Assembly: GCA_051532035.1 (NCBI GenBank)
Contig: JAOPTW010000055.1
Location: forward strand, 1 to 43,131
Direction of reading: 5' to 3'
Length of the DNA: 43,131 bases
Source of the DNA: Fibrobacterales bacterium
Lineage (GTDB): Bacteria; Fibrobacterota; Fibrobacteria; Fibrobacterales; JAOPTW01
The translations under genes and the position numbers were made by a program. This document shows positions 27,971-37,077 of this stretch, piece after piece (positions within the stretch are counted from its first letter, which is position 1; each line of letters starts with the position of its first letter). The notes beneath the pieces are model-generated. The model saw only the letters and a program-made list of their open reading frames with translations. It was not told the origin of the DNA and made no database searches.

Positions 27971-29342
27971 TGTCTGCCTCGTTATTCTGTTTAAAACGGT
28001 GGGTGTAAGCATAGGCAAGTTTGTCGGCAGGATAACCGAGTGAAAATGCTATGCTATAGAGTCTATTAAGGAGGGCGGTTTTAATCCACCCTTCATGTTC
28101 ATATTTTCGTGGACTTACCCCAATACTTATTTTAAGCATGGCGTAGTTAAACTGTTTTTTGGCACGCTTCATTAGGGAGACTTCTTCAAAGAGGGGGATG
28201 CTTTCGAACCCGCCAAGGAAGTGAAAAAGGTCACTGCGCATAAAGATACCTTGGTCTCCATAGGGAATGGAAAACCGGACGCGGAGATTGGTGGCCCAAT
28301 TAAAAACCTTCCGTAAGGTACTTTGGGGGCCGGCCAGTCTAAATGAGAAACAGCCGCTTTCACTCCCGTGGGCAATAGCATTTTGAATGTGCGCAATACT
28401 GTTATTGGGTAATGAGCTATCGGCATGCACAAACCAGAGGATGGCTCCGGTAGCTTTTTGAGCGCCATAGTTGAGCTGGGTACCACGACCTTTGGGGGAG
28501 GTGATATAGGTTGCTCCCGCTGCAGAGACTAAGGTCTGACAGTCACTATTTTCTGCGCCATCAACCACAATAATCTCTTTGGGTTGGGGAGTGAGTTGAT
28601 TCACTTGTGTGAGTAACGTACCGAGTGAACTATTGTCGTTGTAGGTTGGGATAATTATTGAAAGGTCAATAAGCTCAGCTTTCACCGTGTCGTGTTGGGT
28701 ACGCATCCACCATAAAAAATCGGGAAAACGAGTTCGGGTGGTCGGGTCATTGTGCAGGCGAAAGAGGTCTTCAATATGGTCAACGTCATAGCAATGCGCT
28801 AGTGATGTGTGGGAAATACCCATGGTGTCTGAGAGTGAAATAATATCGTGATACATTTCGGTAGTACTCCAACGAATATCTGTCAGAACGGGCCAAGGGA
28901 CGCGGGCCCCCATAAGGCTGACACCACCATCAATGGTGGGGATATACACCGTGTCGGAGTGATTGAGCTTTTTAGCTGCTTGAACCAGTTGTTTTGAAGT
29001 GAGAATAGGGGAATCAGTCCCAATATAGATAATACGTGAATGCCCGCTAGAGCGCAGTTCAGAATCAATGCCAGAAATGCGTTCGCCGAGCCCACCAGTG
29101 GGCTGGATAATTGTTTTGTAGGGGCCTAAATTGTCGTGGGACCACTCTTTATCGGCGCCATCGGTGAGTGCGATAATTACCCGTCCCCGCCACTCTTTGA
29201 TGAGGGTTGCGGTTTGTGGTACCAATAGTGCTGCAAGTTCAAAAGCTGCATCGGCACCAATGGTTTCGGCAAGGCGTTGTTTACCTTGCCCAAGTTTGGG
29301 CCTTTTGCAAAAGACCACAAGTGTAGTCTTTGGGACACTCAT
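27963..29342 (-). CDS. Fused TIGR04282-like (DUF2064) + TIGR04283-like GT2 glycosyltransferase
   Basis: N-half: FCKRPKLGQGKQRLA, QPTGGLGER, IGTDSP, DGG, DVDHIEDL. C-half: SIIIPTYN, GRGTQLNYGA, FVHADS, PYGDQGIF, SPRKY. Coupled to arsS by TAATG. Confidence 0.82.
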   Translation of the reverse strand: MSVPKTTLVVFCKRPKLGQGKQRLAETIGADAAFELAALLVPQTATLIKEWRGRVIIALTDGADKEWSHDNLGPYKTIIQPTGGLGERISGIDSELRSSGHSRIIYIGTDSPILTSKQLVQAAKKLNHSDTVYIPTIDGGVSLMGARVPWPVLTDIRWSTTEMYHDIISLSDTMGISHTSLAHCYDVDHIEDLFRLHNDPTTRTRFPDFLWWMRTQHDTVKAELIDLSIIIPTYNDNSSLGTLLTQVNQLTPQPKEIIVVDGAENSDCQTLVSAAGATYITSPKGRGTQLNYGAQKATGAILWFVHADSSLPNNSIAHIQNAIAHGSESGCFSFRLAGPQSTLRKVFNWATNLRVRFSIPYGDQGIFMRSDLFHFLGGFESIPLFEEVSLMKRAKKQFNYAMLKISIGVSPRKYEHEGWIKTALLNRLYSIAFSLGYPADKLAYAYTHRFKQNNEADNA

Positions 29343-30295
29343 TACGCAATACTCCCTGAACATGATGAACCACATCCTGCGGTACAGGCATAGCAGTGAT
29401 TGTCAGTCACAATTGACCGATCCATAAATTCTTGATGATTATAATCGGCTATATTCTTTGAACCTCTCGTATCTGTTGGCATATTGAGGGCAAAATTAAA
29501 GTCGCAGTCATACATGGTGCCATCCCAACCAATATTAATCTGGTTGCGACACATAAGCCCATCAAGGGTAGAGGCGTTAAACGATTTTAAGAGAAGCTCA
29601 CTGTACCCTTCGGCTTTACCCGATCGTTCAAGGTCTTCTTTAAAGCGGCCGATCATCATATTGGTAATGGTAAAGAGGTTATTAAAGTCTATGTCAAACT
29701 CATCTTTGAGTACTTTCTTATAATCGCGTTCGAGGGATTGTTGATCACCCGGAAGTGAAGGACCACCAGGATTAAAGACGAGATCAAGTATGTGATCTTC
29801 GGTTCTTCCATAACCCGCATCGTTTAGTTTTTGAAGCACTTCAATACTCTGTTCAAATACGTGATTACCTCTTTGCTTTTTTACATTTTCTGCTGTATAA
29901 CAAGGGAGTGATGCAACAAGCTGAATCTTGTTTTCTTGATAAAAACTGATCATATGCTTAAAGTCTTCTTGAGTCAGAATCGTTAGATTGGTCCGTACCT
30001 GTACTGCTACTCCTTTTTTAAGGAGTTCGAGACAAAACCATTCAAAATGGGGGTTCATTTCGGGGGCGCCACCGGTAATATCTGCAATAGATGGTTTTAG
30101 GTGATCGACCGCGCCTAAAATATGTTCCATAGTCTCTTTGCTCATGATCTCTCGACGCTTAGGAGAGGCCTCAACGTGGCAATGTCTGCATGAAAGGTTG
30201 CAGAGTAATCCGACATTTACCTGAAGAATAGAGCTATTTAAGGGCTTGAGCCCTGCTAAAAGATGTTTCGAGATTGTGTTGTTAAAGCTGACCAC
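29342..30295 (-). CDS. arsS: Radical SAM / Cys-rich protein ArsS (arsenosugar biosynthesis type)
   Basis: LQVNVGLLCNLSCRHCHV (CxxxCxxC), DITGGAPEMNP, ASLPCY, YDCDFN and HCYACTAGCGSSCSG; CAGGAG RBS. Confidence 0.9.
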   Translation of the reverse strand: MVSFNNTISKHLLAGLKPLNSSILQVNVGLLCNLSCRHCHVEASPKRREIMSKETMEHILGAVDHLKPSIADITGGAPEMNPHFEWFCLELLKKGVAVQVRTNLTILTQEDFKHMISFYQENKIQLVASLPCYTAENVKKQRGNHVFEQSIEVLQKLNDAGYGRTEDHILDLVFNPGGPSLPGDQQSLERDYKKVLKDEFDIDFNNLFTITNMMIGRFKEDLERSGKAEGYSELLLKSFNASTLDGLMCRNQINIGWDGTMYDCDFNFALNMPTDTRGSKNIADYNHQEFMDRSIVTDNHCYACTAGCGSSCSGSIA

Positions 30296-30322
30296 ACGTA
30301 CTCCTGTTGTTAATCATGCTGA

Positions 30323-30351
30323 TTAGTATCACTATAGCCCAATATCTTACA
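30323..30351 (-). promoter_or_regulatory. ECF-type promoter of the arsS operon
   Basis: TGTAAG-ATATTGGGCTATAGTGA-TACTAA (N17). Confidence 0.75.
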
Positions 30352-30379
30352 TATTTATTTGTTTTTTGTGGGTTATTAC

Positions 30380-30408
30380 TGTAAGCCCCCTAGCGATGCA
30401 CCTACTAA
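30380..30408 (+). promoter_or_regulatory. ECF-type promoter of the DUF3047-TVP38 unit
   Basis: TGTAAG-CCCCCTAGCGATGCACC-TACTAA (N17). Confidence 0.75.
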
Positions 30409-30417
30409 TAAACAGAA

Positions 30418-31161
30418 TTGTATTGGAGTGCTCCTTTGATTGCAAAGTTGTATAGATTATCAGCCGTGTTCGTGCTCATTATTGTGGCATATTTGTGTGT
30501 ATCTGTCCCTGTGTATGGAAGAACGATGTTTTTTTCTGAGGAGTTTCAGACTCTCGACTCATGGCGTTCATTTACCTTTAATGCTGAAATAAAACCGACA
30601 GAGTATCGTGTCCATACGGATACAAATAATTATCTCTCTATTGTTAATAACGGCTCTGCATCGGGACTCGTGTGGAGCGATACTATTCTAGTTACCGAGA
30701 CATTAAGTCTTAAATGGCGATGGCGGGTTGATTCTATCTATCGTGCTCTTGATGAGACCACGAAAGCGGGGGATGATTTTCCGTTGCGGGTCTTTATTTT
30801 GTTCGTCTATGAGCCTGATAGTGTCTCCTTTTTTGAATCACTGTCGTATACAGCCGCGAAAAAGATCTATGGCTTTTATCCGCCGGTTGCTGCGTTGGGG
30901 TATGTGTGGTCAAGCGCTATGCAAACGGTACCATCGATTCAAAGTCCCTATAGTGAAGTAACACGGAGTATCCCACTCAGGGCAGGTGGCTCCAAAACTG
31001 GAGTCTGGGTTGAGGAAGAGAGAATGATTATGGATGATTATCGTATGGCTTTTGGAAAGAGTCCGCCCTCACGAATGACAATTGCTATTATGAGTGATAG
31101 TGATAATAGCGGTCAGTGTACTACTGCTGCAATCGATGGCATCCAGTTATATTATAAATGA
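30418..31161 (+). CDS. DUF3047-like exported protein
   Basis: SASGL, LKWRWRV, KAGDDFPLRVF, GYVWS, WVEEER..DDYRMAFG and IMSDSDNSG. Start uncertain. Confidence 0.82.
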   Translation: MYWSAPLIAKLYRLSAVFVLIIVAYLCVSVPVYGRTMFFSEEFQTLDSWRSFTFNAEIKPTEYRVHTDTNNYLSIVNNGSASGLVWSDTILVTETLSLKWRWRVDSIYRALDETTKAGDDFPLRVFILFVYEPDSVSFFESLSYTAAKKIYGFYPPVAALGYVWSSAMQTVPSIQSPYSEVTRSIPLRAGGSKTGVWVEEERMIMDDYRMAFGKSPPSRMTIAIMSDSDNSGQCTTAAIDGIQLYYK

Positions 31162-31178
31162 TAGGCAACTAAGATTAC

Positions 31179-31886
31179 ATGAATAGATATCAATTAAAAT
31201 CAGTACTTTCCCCCCTGCGCCGTTATTGGGTTCTTATTATCATTGGACTCCTGTTCGTTTCATCGTTCTTTGTACCGTATGCTGAACTTCTTGAGCAGGC
31301 CACTACATTTTGTGTGTCTCTTGGAGTTCCGGGGATGATTCTATTTACCATTCTCTACACGGTACTCTGTATGACCTTGGCTCCTGGATCCCTTATAACC
31401 ATGAGTGCCAGTGCCATTTATGGGTTTGGTTTGGGTTATGTTATTGTAACCGTGGGTTCGCTTGGCGCGGCGGCGTTTAGTTTTTTACTAGGAAAATATT
31501 TTATGCATAGTAGAGTGGAGCAGTGGATGCAGCGCTATCCTCGAGTGACTCACTTTCAGCATGCCATTGAGAAGCGTGGGCTCCTTATTGTGTTTTTGAT
31601 GCGGTTAAGTCCGCTCTTTCCCTTTGCCATTTCAAATTATGCTTTTAGTTTGACTACCATATCCTTTTGGCGGTATTTTATTATCTCATGGGTTGGTATG
31701 ATTCCAGGAACGCTGCTGTATGTGTACCTAGGGGCTATGGGGAAACAGATGATGACTCAAGAAACTATGGGTCAGTATCAATTAGGGCTCCTGATTGCGG
31801 GTGCTCTTGCAACGGTAGCTATTACATTGATCATTGGGTCAATTGCAAAAAAAACCTTGAATCACTCATTGAGTGAGACGTTATAG
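31179..31886 (+). CDS. TVP38/TMEM64 (DedA/VTT) membrane protein
   Basis: Multiple hydrophobic segments; LMRLSPLFPF..SNY and GMIPGTLLYVYLG. Confidence 0.9.
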   Translation: MNRYQLKSVLSPLRRYWVLIIIGLLFVSSFFVPYAELLEQATTFCVSLGVPGMILFTILYTVLCMTLAPGSLITMSASAIYGFGLGYVIVTVGSLGAAAFSFLLGKYFMHSRVEQWMQRYPRVTHFQHAIEKRGLLIVFLMRLSPLFPFAISNYAFSLTTISFWRYFIISWVGMIPGTLLYVYLGAMGKQMMTQETMGQYQLGLLIAGALATVAITLIIGSIAKKTLNHSLSETL

Positions 31887-32750
31887 GTTCATCCCAAATG
31901 AAAGTTTATAGATAAGGCCCGTTGGAACCTCCACTCCTGCGAGTGGTTTTGCTATTGATACTCCCACTTTTCCGGGACCGAGCCCATGGCCAATACCAAC
32001 GGTAAGAGTATGGTATGAATACTCTAAGTCGTGATAGGTGACCCCATATTCAACTACTTCTGTTTTACCGAGTGGAATCGCTGCACTGTAGTTGAGAGTA
32101 AGCTCCCATGGGGGGAGAACGGGATAGATAACTGAAATATCATTTTTCCATGAGAGTGGTTTTTTGATACTGTTGGTGTTGTCAAAGCTGGTGTAGCTGT
32201 ATTTGAGTGGTTGTTGTAAGGATTGAGTGGTATAGAGATAGATTGAATAGGGGAGTACATGCCCGGTTGAAACACCAAAAAAGGGCGTCTGAATATTGTC
32301 ACTGATAGAGATCTCGTTTATGTTGTCACTATGCGCATCTGCATTGGGGTAGGTCCAGCCGGCAAAAAATTTGAGGGGTATTTTGAGTGTGGTAAAGTAG
32401 CTCACTGTGGCCGACAGTTCTTTAAAACCTGATTCCTCGGTTTTAAGAGTGCGGTCCCAGGTTATTGAGCTCCATTGTGTCGCGAGGTTTATCTGCAGGT
32501 TACTGAGGAGCATATAACTGATACTTCCATAGGTCGTTAGACTCGTATAGGAACCTGACAGTCCGGGAAAATAGGGTTCTTTATCCCCTTTGTCGTAATC
32601 TGCTCTTAAACCATTAGAAAACTTCTTTTCTGAGGATTGATAGCCAACTTCTGTATAAAGACCTATGGTGCCTTGAGGGCTGGGCCATGGCCAGGCATGG
32701 AGCTGAAGACTCATCAAGAGCACAAGGGAGAACATTGTTTTATTTATCAT
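31881..32750 (-). CDS. Putative outer-membrane beta-barrel protein
   Basis: Signal peptide ending LHA; alternating hydrophobic/aromatic strands; C-terminus YKLSFGMNL. ATG 32756 lies inside the predicted -10, so 32750 or 32735 is the likelier start. Confidence 0.6.
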   Translation of the reverse strand: MINKTMFSLVLLMSLQLHAWPWPSPQGTIGLYTEVGYQSSEKKFSNGLRADYDKGDKEPYFPGLSGSYTSLTTYGSISYMLLSNLQINLATQWSSITWDRTLKTEESGFKELSATVSYFTTLKIPLKFFAGWTYPNADAHSDNINEISISDNIQTPFFGVSTGHVLPYSIYLYTTQSLQQPLKYSYTSFDNTNSIKKPLSWKNDISVIYPVLPPWELTLNYSAAIPLGKTEVVEYGVTYHDLEYSYHTLTVGIGHGLGPGKVGVSIAKPLAGVEVPTGLIYKLSFGMNL

Positions 32751-32755
32751 GGTCA

Positions 32756-32784
32756 TTAGTATGGTATCAGTGAGAATCCTTACA
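32756..32784 (-). promoter_or_regulatory. ECF-type promoter of the beta-barrel gene
   Basis: TGTAAG-GATTCTCACTGATACCA-TACTAA (N17). Confidence 0.75.
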
Positions 32785-33076
32785 TGAGAATAGTGTAAAT
32801 ATGAATTTTGCCATAGATTCTTCTTTTACAACTCTATTTACAACCCTAAAGGCTATACGTTAGACACGTCAACCCTCAATAAACTAAAATGCAAATGGAG
32901 GTATGGTGGATGGTATGACAAAAGGGGCTGTCTCTTGTACAAATATGCACGATTTGTTAAAAAACATTTAAGGTCTTAGTGTATTAAAGTATATTAGTCG
33001 TGGGACACAATTCATGGGGGTGGGTTGTCGTAATATACATTTCAAATGCCAGTACACATGGTATGAGGAGAGAGTT

Positions 33077-35302
33077 ATGACTCGTTTTAAAAGTTTACAG
33101 TTTTTGCTGTTGCTTTCAGTTTTTACCTATGCAGACTTTACCATAGTCACATTACCCGATATACAAAATATGACTTGGTCACCCCGTGATCAGACGCTGT
33201 ATGATGAGATGCAATATATCATCGATAAGAGAGATGAGCTCGGCGTAGAGTTTGTGGTTTCTTTAGGAGATTATACTGCCGGTGGGTATGGATCCACCAG
33301 TGGTTATGGGCAGTGGTCTATTGCGAGACAATCGGTTGATATGATATTAAACGCCAATATTCCGTATGCAGTCTGTATGGGGAATCACGATATGGATTTG
33401 GTGCCTGATAATAACATCCCTCAAAAGATGGATCGTTTTGTTGAACATTTTCCTGTCTCTGATTTTGAAAATAAACCGTATCATGGCGGGTATTTCCGAA
33501 ACATGTCGAACAACTATAACCTGTTCACTGCTGATGGTATGGACTTTATTATTCTGTCTTTGCAAAATCATCAGGAGAGTCTTTTTGATCCTGCGGTAGC
33601 AGAATGGGCAAATGCTGTTCTTACGGAACACGCTGACCGTAGAGCAATCATCGCGACCCATATGATCAATGCGGGGGATAGTTATATGACGAATATTGCT
33701 GAAAGGCATGATAATGTATTTATGACGGTCTATGGTCATCACTGTGCGGATAATGGTGAACGTTTTTGGACGTCAAAAACACCTTCTGGTAACACTATTT
33801 ATAATCTCATGTCGGATTATCAGTGTCGTGATAATGAAAATGGGGGTGCAGTACTTCGCTATTATACCTTTAGAACAGAAGACAATAAAATTGATGCTTT
33901 TACGTATAGTACGTATAGAAATCAATTTGAAACTGATGCAAGTTCTCAGTTTTCTTTTGATTACGAGATGGCCGTTTCGCCTATTCCCACTATTGCGGCT
34001 GTGACTCAAACACCTGATATTCCTGAAGTAGATGGTGATGTAACGGTATCAGCAATCATTAAAGATGATATTGGTATAGTGAGTGCTACTATCAAGTGGG
34101 GAGAGACCGAAAATGATTTAAATGAAAGTGTTACCCTTATAGCTGATGGGGATTCCTATAGTGGTTCAATTCCTGGGAAGGCACTCGGGAGTTCGGTCTA
34201 TTATACTATAGTGGCAAGTGATGCTGATGGTAACACCGTTACTTCAGATATGGAATCATACACTATTGAGGAACTGGTCTATTCGTGGAACTCATGGGAT
34301 GTGATGATTATGGATACTGAGCCTCATGGGAGTATTGGTGTCGGTGAGTATAAGACAACCATTGAGTTCTATGAGAGCACCAATGATAATGGCATCAATA
34401 AATCATCACTCTTTGGAACCTATAAGAATAATAATCACCGAGAGGATTTTAATGCACTCGCAAATTATTGGATGGGTGCAGAAGACTATCCATATGCGGG
34501 TAAGAGTGCAACGCCACGTTCAGGAGGTGAGCCAGAACCTGTGGGCGTTTTTGATATGCAGATGCACCCCCCAGAGAATAGTCATTTGACCGTTGCTGCA
34601 TTTACAGTACCCGTTGATGGTGTCTATAAGATTTCGGGGCTTGGTATTAAGCGCGTTGTAAGTGAGAGTGGATCAGTAGCGCTTGTTGTAAAAGATAGTG
34701 ATGGAGAAACGGTTGCCGAGGTTACTGCAACGAGTCAAAACTGGGCGCAGGATAGTAAGATGTATGATCTTGGTGCATTAACTCAGGGGGCATCACTCTA
34801 CTTTGCTATCGATAATGTTGAAAAATTCAATTATGATGCCTGCGAAATTATGTGGACCGTCAATCTCTTTAGTGCTGAGGTGCCTGTAGATGGTGGTGTA
34901 TCTTCTTCTACAATAAATGACAGCTCAGATGAATTAGTGAGTAGTGCAGACGTTGAACCTGGTACAGGGAGCAGTAATGATGAAATTGGTGAAAATGAAA
35001 GTTCGTCAGCAAAAGAGTCAGAAGTTGACTCAAGTGATGATGAACGCGCTGCCCTTGATGAGCCATTTGTAGCGTTCTCAGATTTGATGTACTACTCATC
35101 TGTCGAAAAACGGTTCTACTTTGTAACACCTGGAAAGATCCGTGCCCTTACAATAACAGGGATCGACGGCCGCTCTAAGAGTTATGGCATTCGGTCTTCA
35201 AGCGAATACCTGAGTCTTAAATCATTTGAAGCAGGGCTTACCTTTTTAGTTATTGAAACTGAAGATGGTGATATGGTTACCCACAGTGTGGTAACTTTTT
35301 AA
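33077..35302 (+). CDS. Secreted multidomain metallophosphoesterase with Ig-like domain and T9SS-like tail
   Basis: GAGGAG RBS; signal peptide; LPDIQ, LGD, GNHD, ATH and GHH motifs; Ser-rich linker before the C-terminal domain. Confidence 0.8.
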   Translation: MTRFKSLQFLLLLSVFTYADFTIVTLPDIQNMTWSPRDQTLYDEMQYIIDKRDELGVEFVVSLGDYTAGGYGSTSGYGQWSIARQSVDMILNANIPYAVCMGNHDMDLVPDNNIPQKMDRFVEHFPVSDFENKPYHGGYFRNMSNNYNLFTADGMDFIILSLQNHQESLFDPAVAEWANAVLTEHADRRAIIATHMINAGDSYMTNIAERHDNVFMTVYGHHCADNGERFWTSKTPSGNTIYNLMSDYQCRDNENGGAVLRYYTFRTEDNKIDAFTYSTYRNQFETDASSQFSFDYEMAVSPIPTIAAVTQTPDIPEVDGDVTVSAIIKDDIGIVSATIKWGETENDLNESVTLIADGDSYSGSIPGKALGSSVYYTIVASDADGNTVTSDMESYTIEELVYSWNSWDVMIMDTEPHGSIGVGEYKTTIEFYESTNDNGINKSSLFGTYKNNNHREDFNALANYWMGAEDYPYAGKSATPRSGGEPEPVGVFDMQMHPPENSHLTVAAFTVPVDGVYKISGLGIKRVVSESGSVALVVKDSDGETVAEVTATSQNWAQDSKMYDLGALTQGASLYFAIDNVEKFNYDACEIMWTVNLFSAEVPVDGGVSSSTINDSSDELVSSADVEPGTGSSNDEIGENESSSAKESEVDSSDDERAALDEPFVAFSDLMYYSSVEKRFYFVTPGKIRALTITGIDGRSKSYGIRSSSEYLSLKSFEAGLTFLVIETEDGDMVTHSVVTF

Positions 35303-35332
35303 GGAGCAGTGAGTATCAATCAATATCTATAC

Positions 35333-35369
35333 AAAAGGCTTTCTCACAGTGGTGGGAAAGCCTTTTTTT
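35333..35369. terminator. Bidirectional intrinsic terminator
   Basis: AAAAGGCTTTCTCAC-AGTG-GTGGGAAAGCCTTTTTTT. Confidence 0.85.
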
Positions 35370-35407
35370 ATACCTAATACTGTGTGATACCTTTATACTG
35401 TGTCGCT

Positions 35408-36913
35408 CTAGCGCTCTTTAAGAAAGATCGATTTAGAAATAGCCCCAGGGAAGAGCACATGCATGGTAGAAACCATACCCACAAAAAAGAATCCTGCGGT
35501 GTAGATGACCAAAAAGGGGCTGATGATCCAGCTGTTGTGGGATATGTAATTATATAAACTGAGCAAGCAGTAGGTGGCGAGCATGAGTTCAAAAATGTTG
35601 GTGTAGTTTGCGAGTGACTTATAGGAGTGGCTCTTTTTATCCCCCTTCTTTGGGGTGCGTTTAAAGGGCGACTCTTTACCGATGAGAGCTTCAAAGACTG
35701 CCTTTGAATTGTTGACTGCAAAGCCGGTACCAATAACCATCATGAATGGCGCCAGTGCAATTTTCTTCCAGACGGAATTACCCAAGAAGTGTTGTGATAT
35801 CATATACATGAGCGTTGGTGCGAGGCTTGAAAGAAGCATGACGCCGATGATACTGCTATAAAGGTAGATTGAAAATTTAAAGTGTACCAAGAGTACCATT
35901 GGTAGTGTAAAGAGTGCAAGAGCCAGCATGAAGATGTGAATTGAATAATGGGTCAGGTGAAAGAAGGCTTGGAAGAACTTGAATTTTGGTACGTCGCTCT
36001 TCATAAGGAGAGGCAGAATCTTCTTGGCGGTCTGTATTGAACCTTTGGCCCATCTAAACTGTTGGTTTTTAAAGGCGTTAATATCTTCGGGAATCTCTGC
36101 TGGTACATTGATATCGGGGACATACTCTGCCTCCCACCCTTTGAGTTGCATGCGGTACGAGAGGTCCATATCTTCGGTAAGGGTGTCTGCTTGCCAGTTA
36201 CCAGCCGCTTCGATTGCTGTTATTCTAAAAATCCCTGCAGTACCATTAAAATTCATAAAAAGGTTGTTCCAGCTGCGGGCAGCTTGCTCGACCATAAAGT
36301 GTCCATCAATACCCATCGCCTGAACACGAGTGAGGAGTGATGATCCACGGTTAATGTGATCCCAACGTCCTTGTACCAAGCCCAACTTGGGGCGTTTTAA
36401 AAAGAAGGGGATTGACTTTTTGAGAAAATCGGGAGTGGGGATAAAGTCGGCATCAAAAATTGCCACAAATTCAGCATCAGTTTTGGTAAGACCATACTTG
36501 AGGGCGCCCGCTTTAAAACCCGTACGTACGTCTCGTCGGATCACTTCTATCCAGTGACCCATTGCGGCGTAGCGTGCAACAATCTCATCAATGATGGCAA
36601 CGGTTTCATCGGTACTGTCGTCCAACACCTGTATATAGTGTTTCTCTCTGGGGTAGTCAAATGAGGTGACGGCTTGGATAAGACGTTCAGCCACTGCTTT
36701 CTCATTGTACATCGGGAGCTGGGTACAGACAAGGGGGTATGAGTCAGCATCGGTAATACCATCAAAGTGATCAAAATGGGTTCTGTGGTAGGCGAGCTTC
36801 TCTTTGCGTTTGCGGAGGTAGAGGTAGGAGAGAATAAAGCATTGTGCGGCAAAGGCGAGGAGAACTAGTGAACTGGTTCCATACAGGGCAATGAGGATGA
36901 TTTTGTAGGTCAT
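35408..36913 (-). CDS. Membrane GT2 glycosyltransferase, cellulose-synthase-like (CslA-type)
   Basis: QLPMYNE, QVLDDSTD, GFKAGAL, FDADF, NGTAG, TEDMD and QQFRW (QxxRW); flanking TM helices. Confidence 0.9.
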   Translation of the reverse strand: MTYKIILIALYGTSSLVLLAFAAQCFILSYLYLRKRKEKLAYHRTHFDHFDGITDADSYPLVCTQLPMYNEKAVAERLIQAVTSFDYPREKHYIQVLDDSTDETVAIIDEIVARYAAMGHWIEVIRRDVRTGFKAGALKYGLTKTDAEFVAIFDADFIPTPDFLKKSIPFFLKRPKLGLVQGRWDHINRGSSLLTRVQAMGIDGHFMVEQAARSWNNLFMNFNGTAGIFRITAIEAAGNWQADTLTEDMDLSYRMQLKGWEAEYVPDINVPAEIPEDINAFKNQQFRWAKGSIQTAKKILPLLMKSDVPKFKFFQAFFHLTHYSIHIFMLALALFTLPMVLLVHFKFSIYLYSSIIGVMLLSSLAPTLMYMISQHFLGNSVWKKIALAPFMMVIGTGFAVNNSKAVFEALIGKESPFKRTPKKGDKKSHSYKSLANYTNIFELMLATYCLLSLYNYISHNSWIISPFLVIYTAGFFFVGMVSTMHVLFPGAISKSIFLKER

Positions 36914-36967
36914 AGTGGGCTGTGGGGTTGTGTATGTTTATAGGAAAGGTAATCAATTATCTGAGGA

Positions 36968-36996
36968 TTAGTCGGATTGAGGGTGGGTTCCTTACA
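36968..36996 (-). promoter_or_regulatory. ECF-type promoter of the Csl-like GT2
   Basis: TGTAAG-GAACCCACCCTCAATCC-GACTAA (N17). Confidence 0.72.
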
Positions 36997-37077
36997 GATT
37001 ATAGGGTGGTGAGGACAGAAATGACTGAATTGTGTGGTATAGACATTTGAATTGATTGTCTCAGAGTCTATGACCTT

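Noticed and set aside
29342..29400. Selenocysteine recoding in the ArsS C-terminus
   Set aside because: The CTAGCGSSC positions are ordinary Cys codons and the ORF ends in TAA, with no in-frame TGA.
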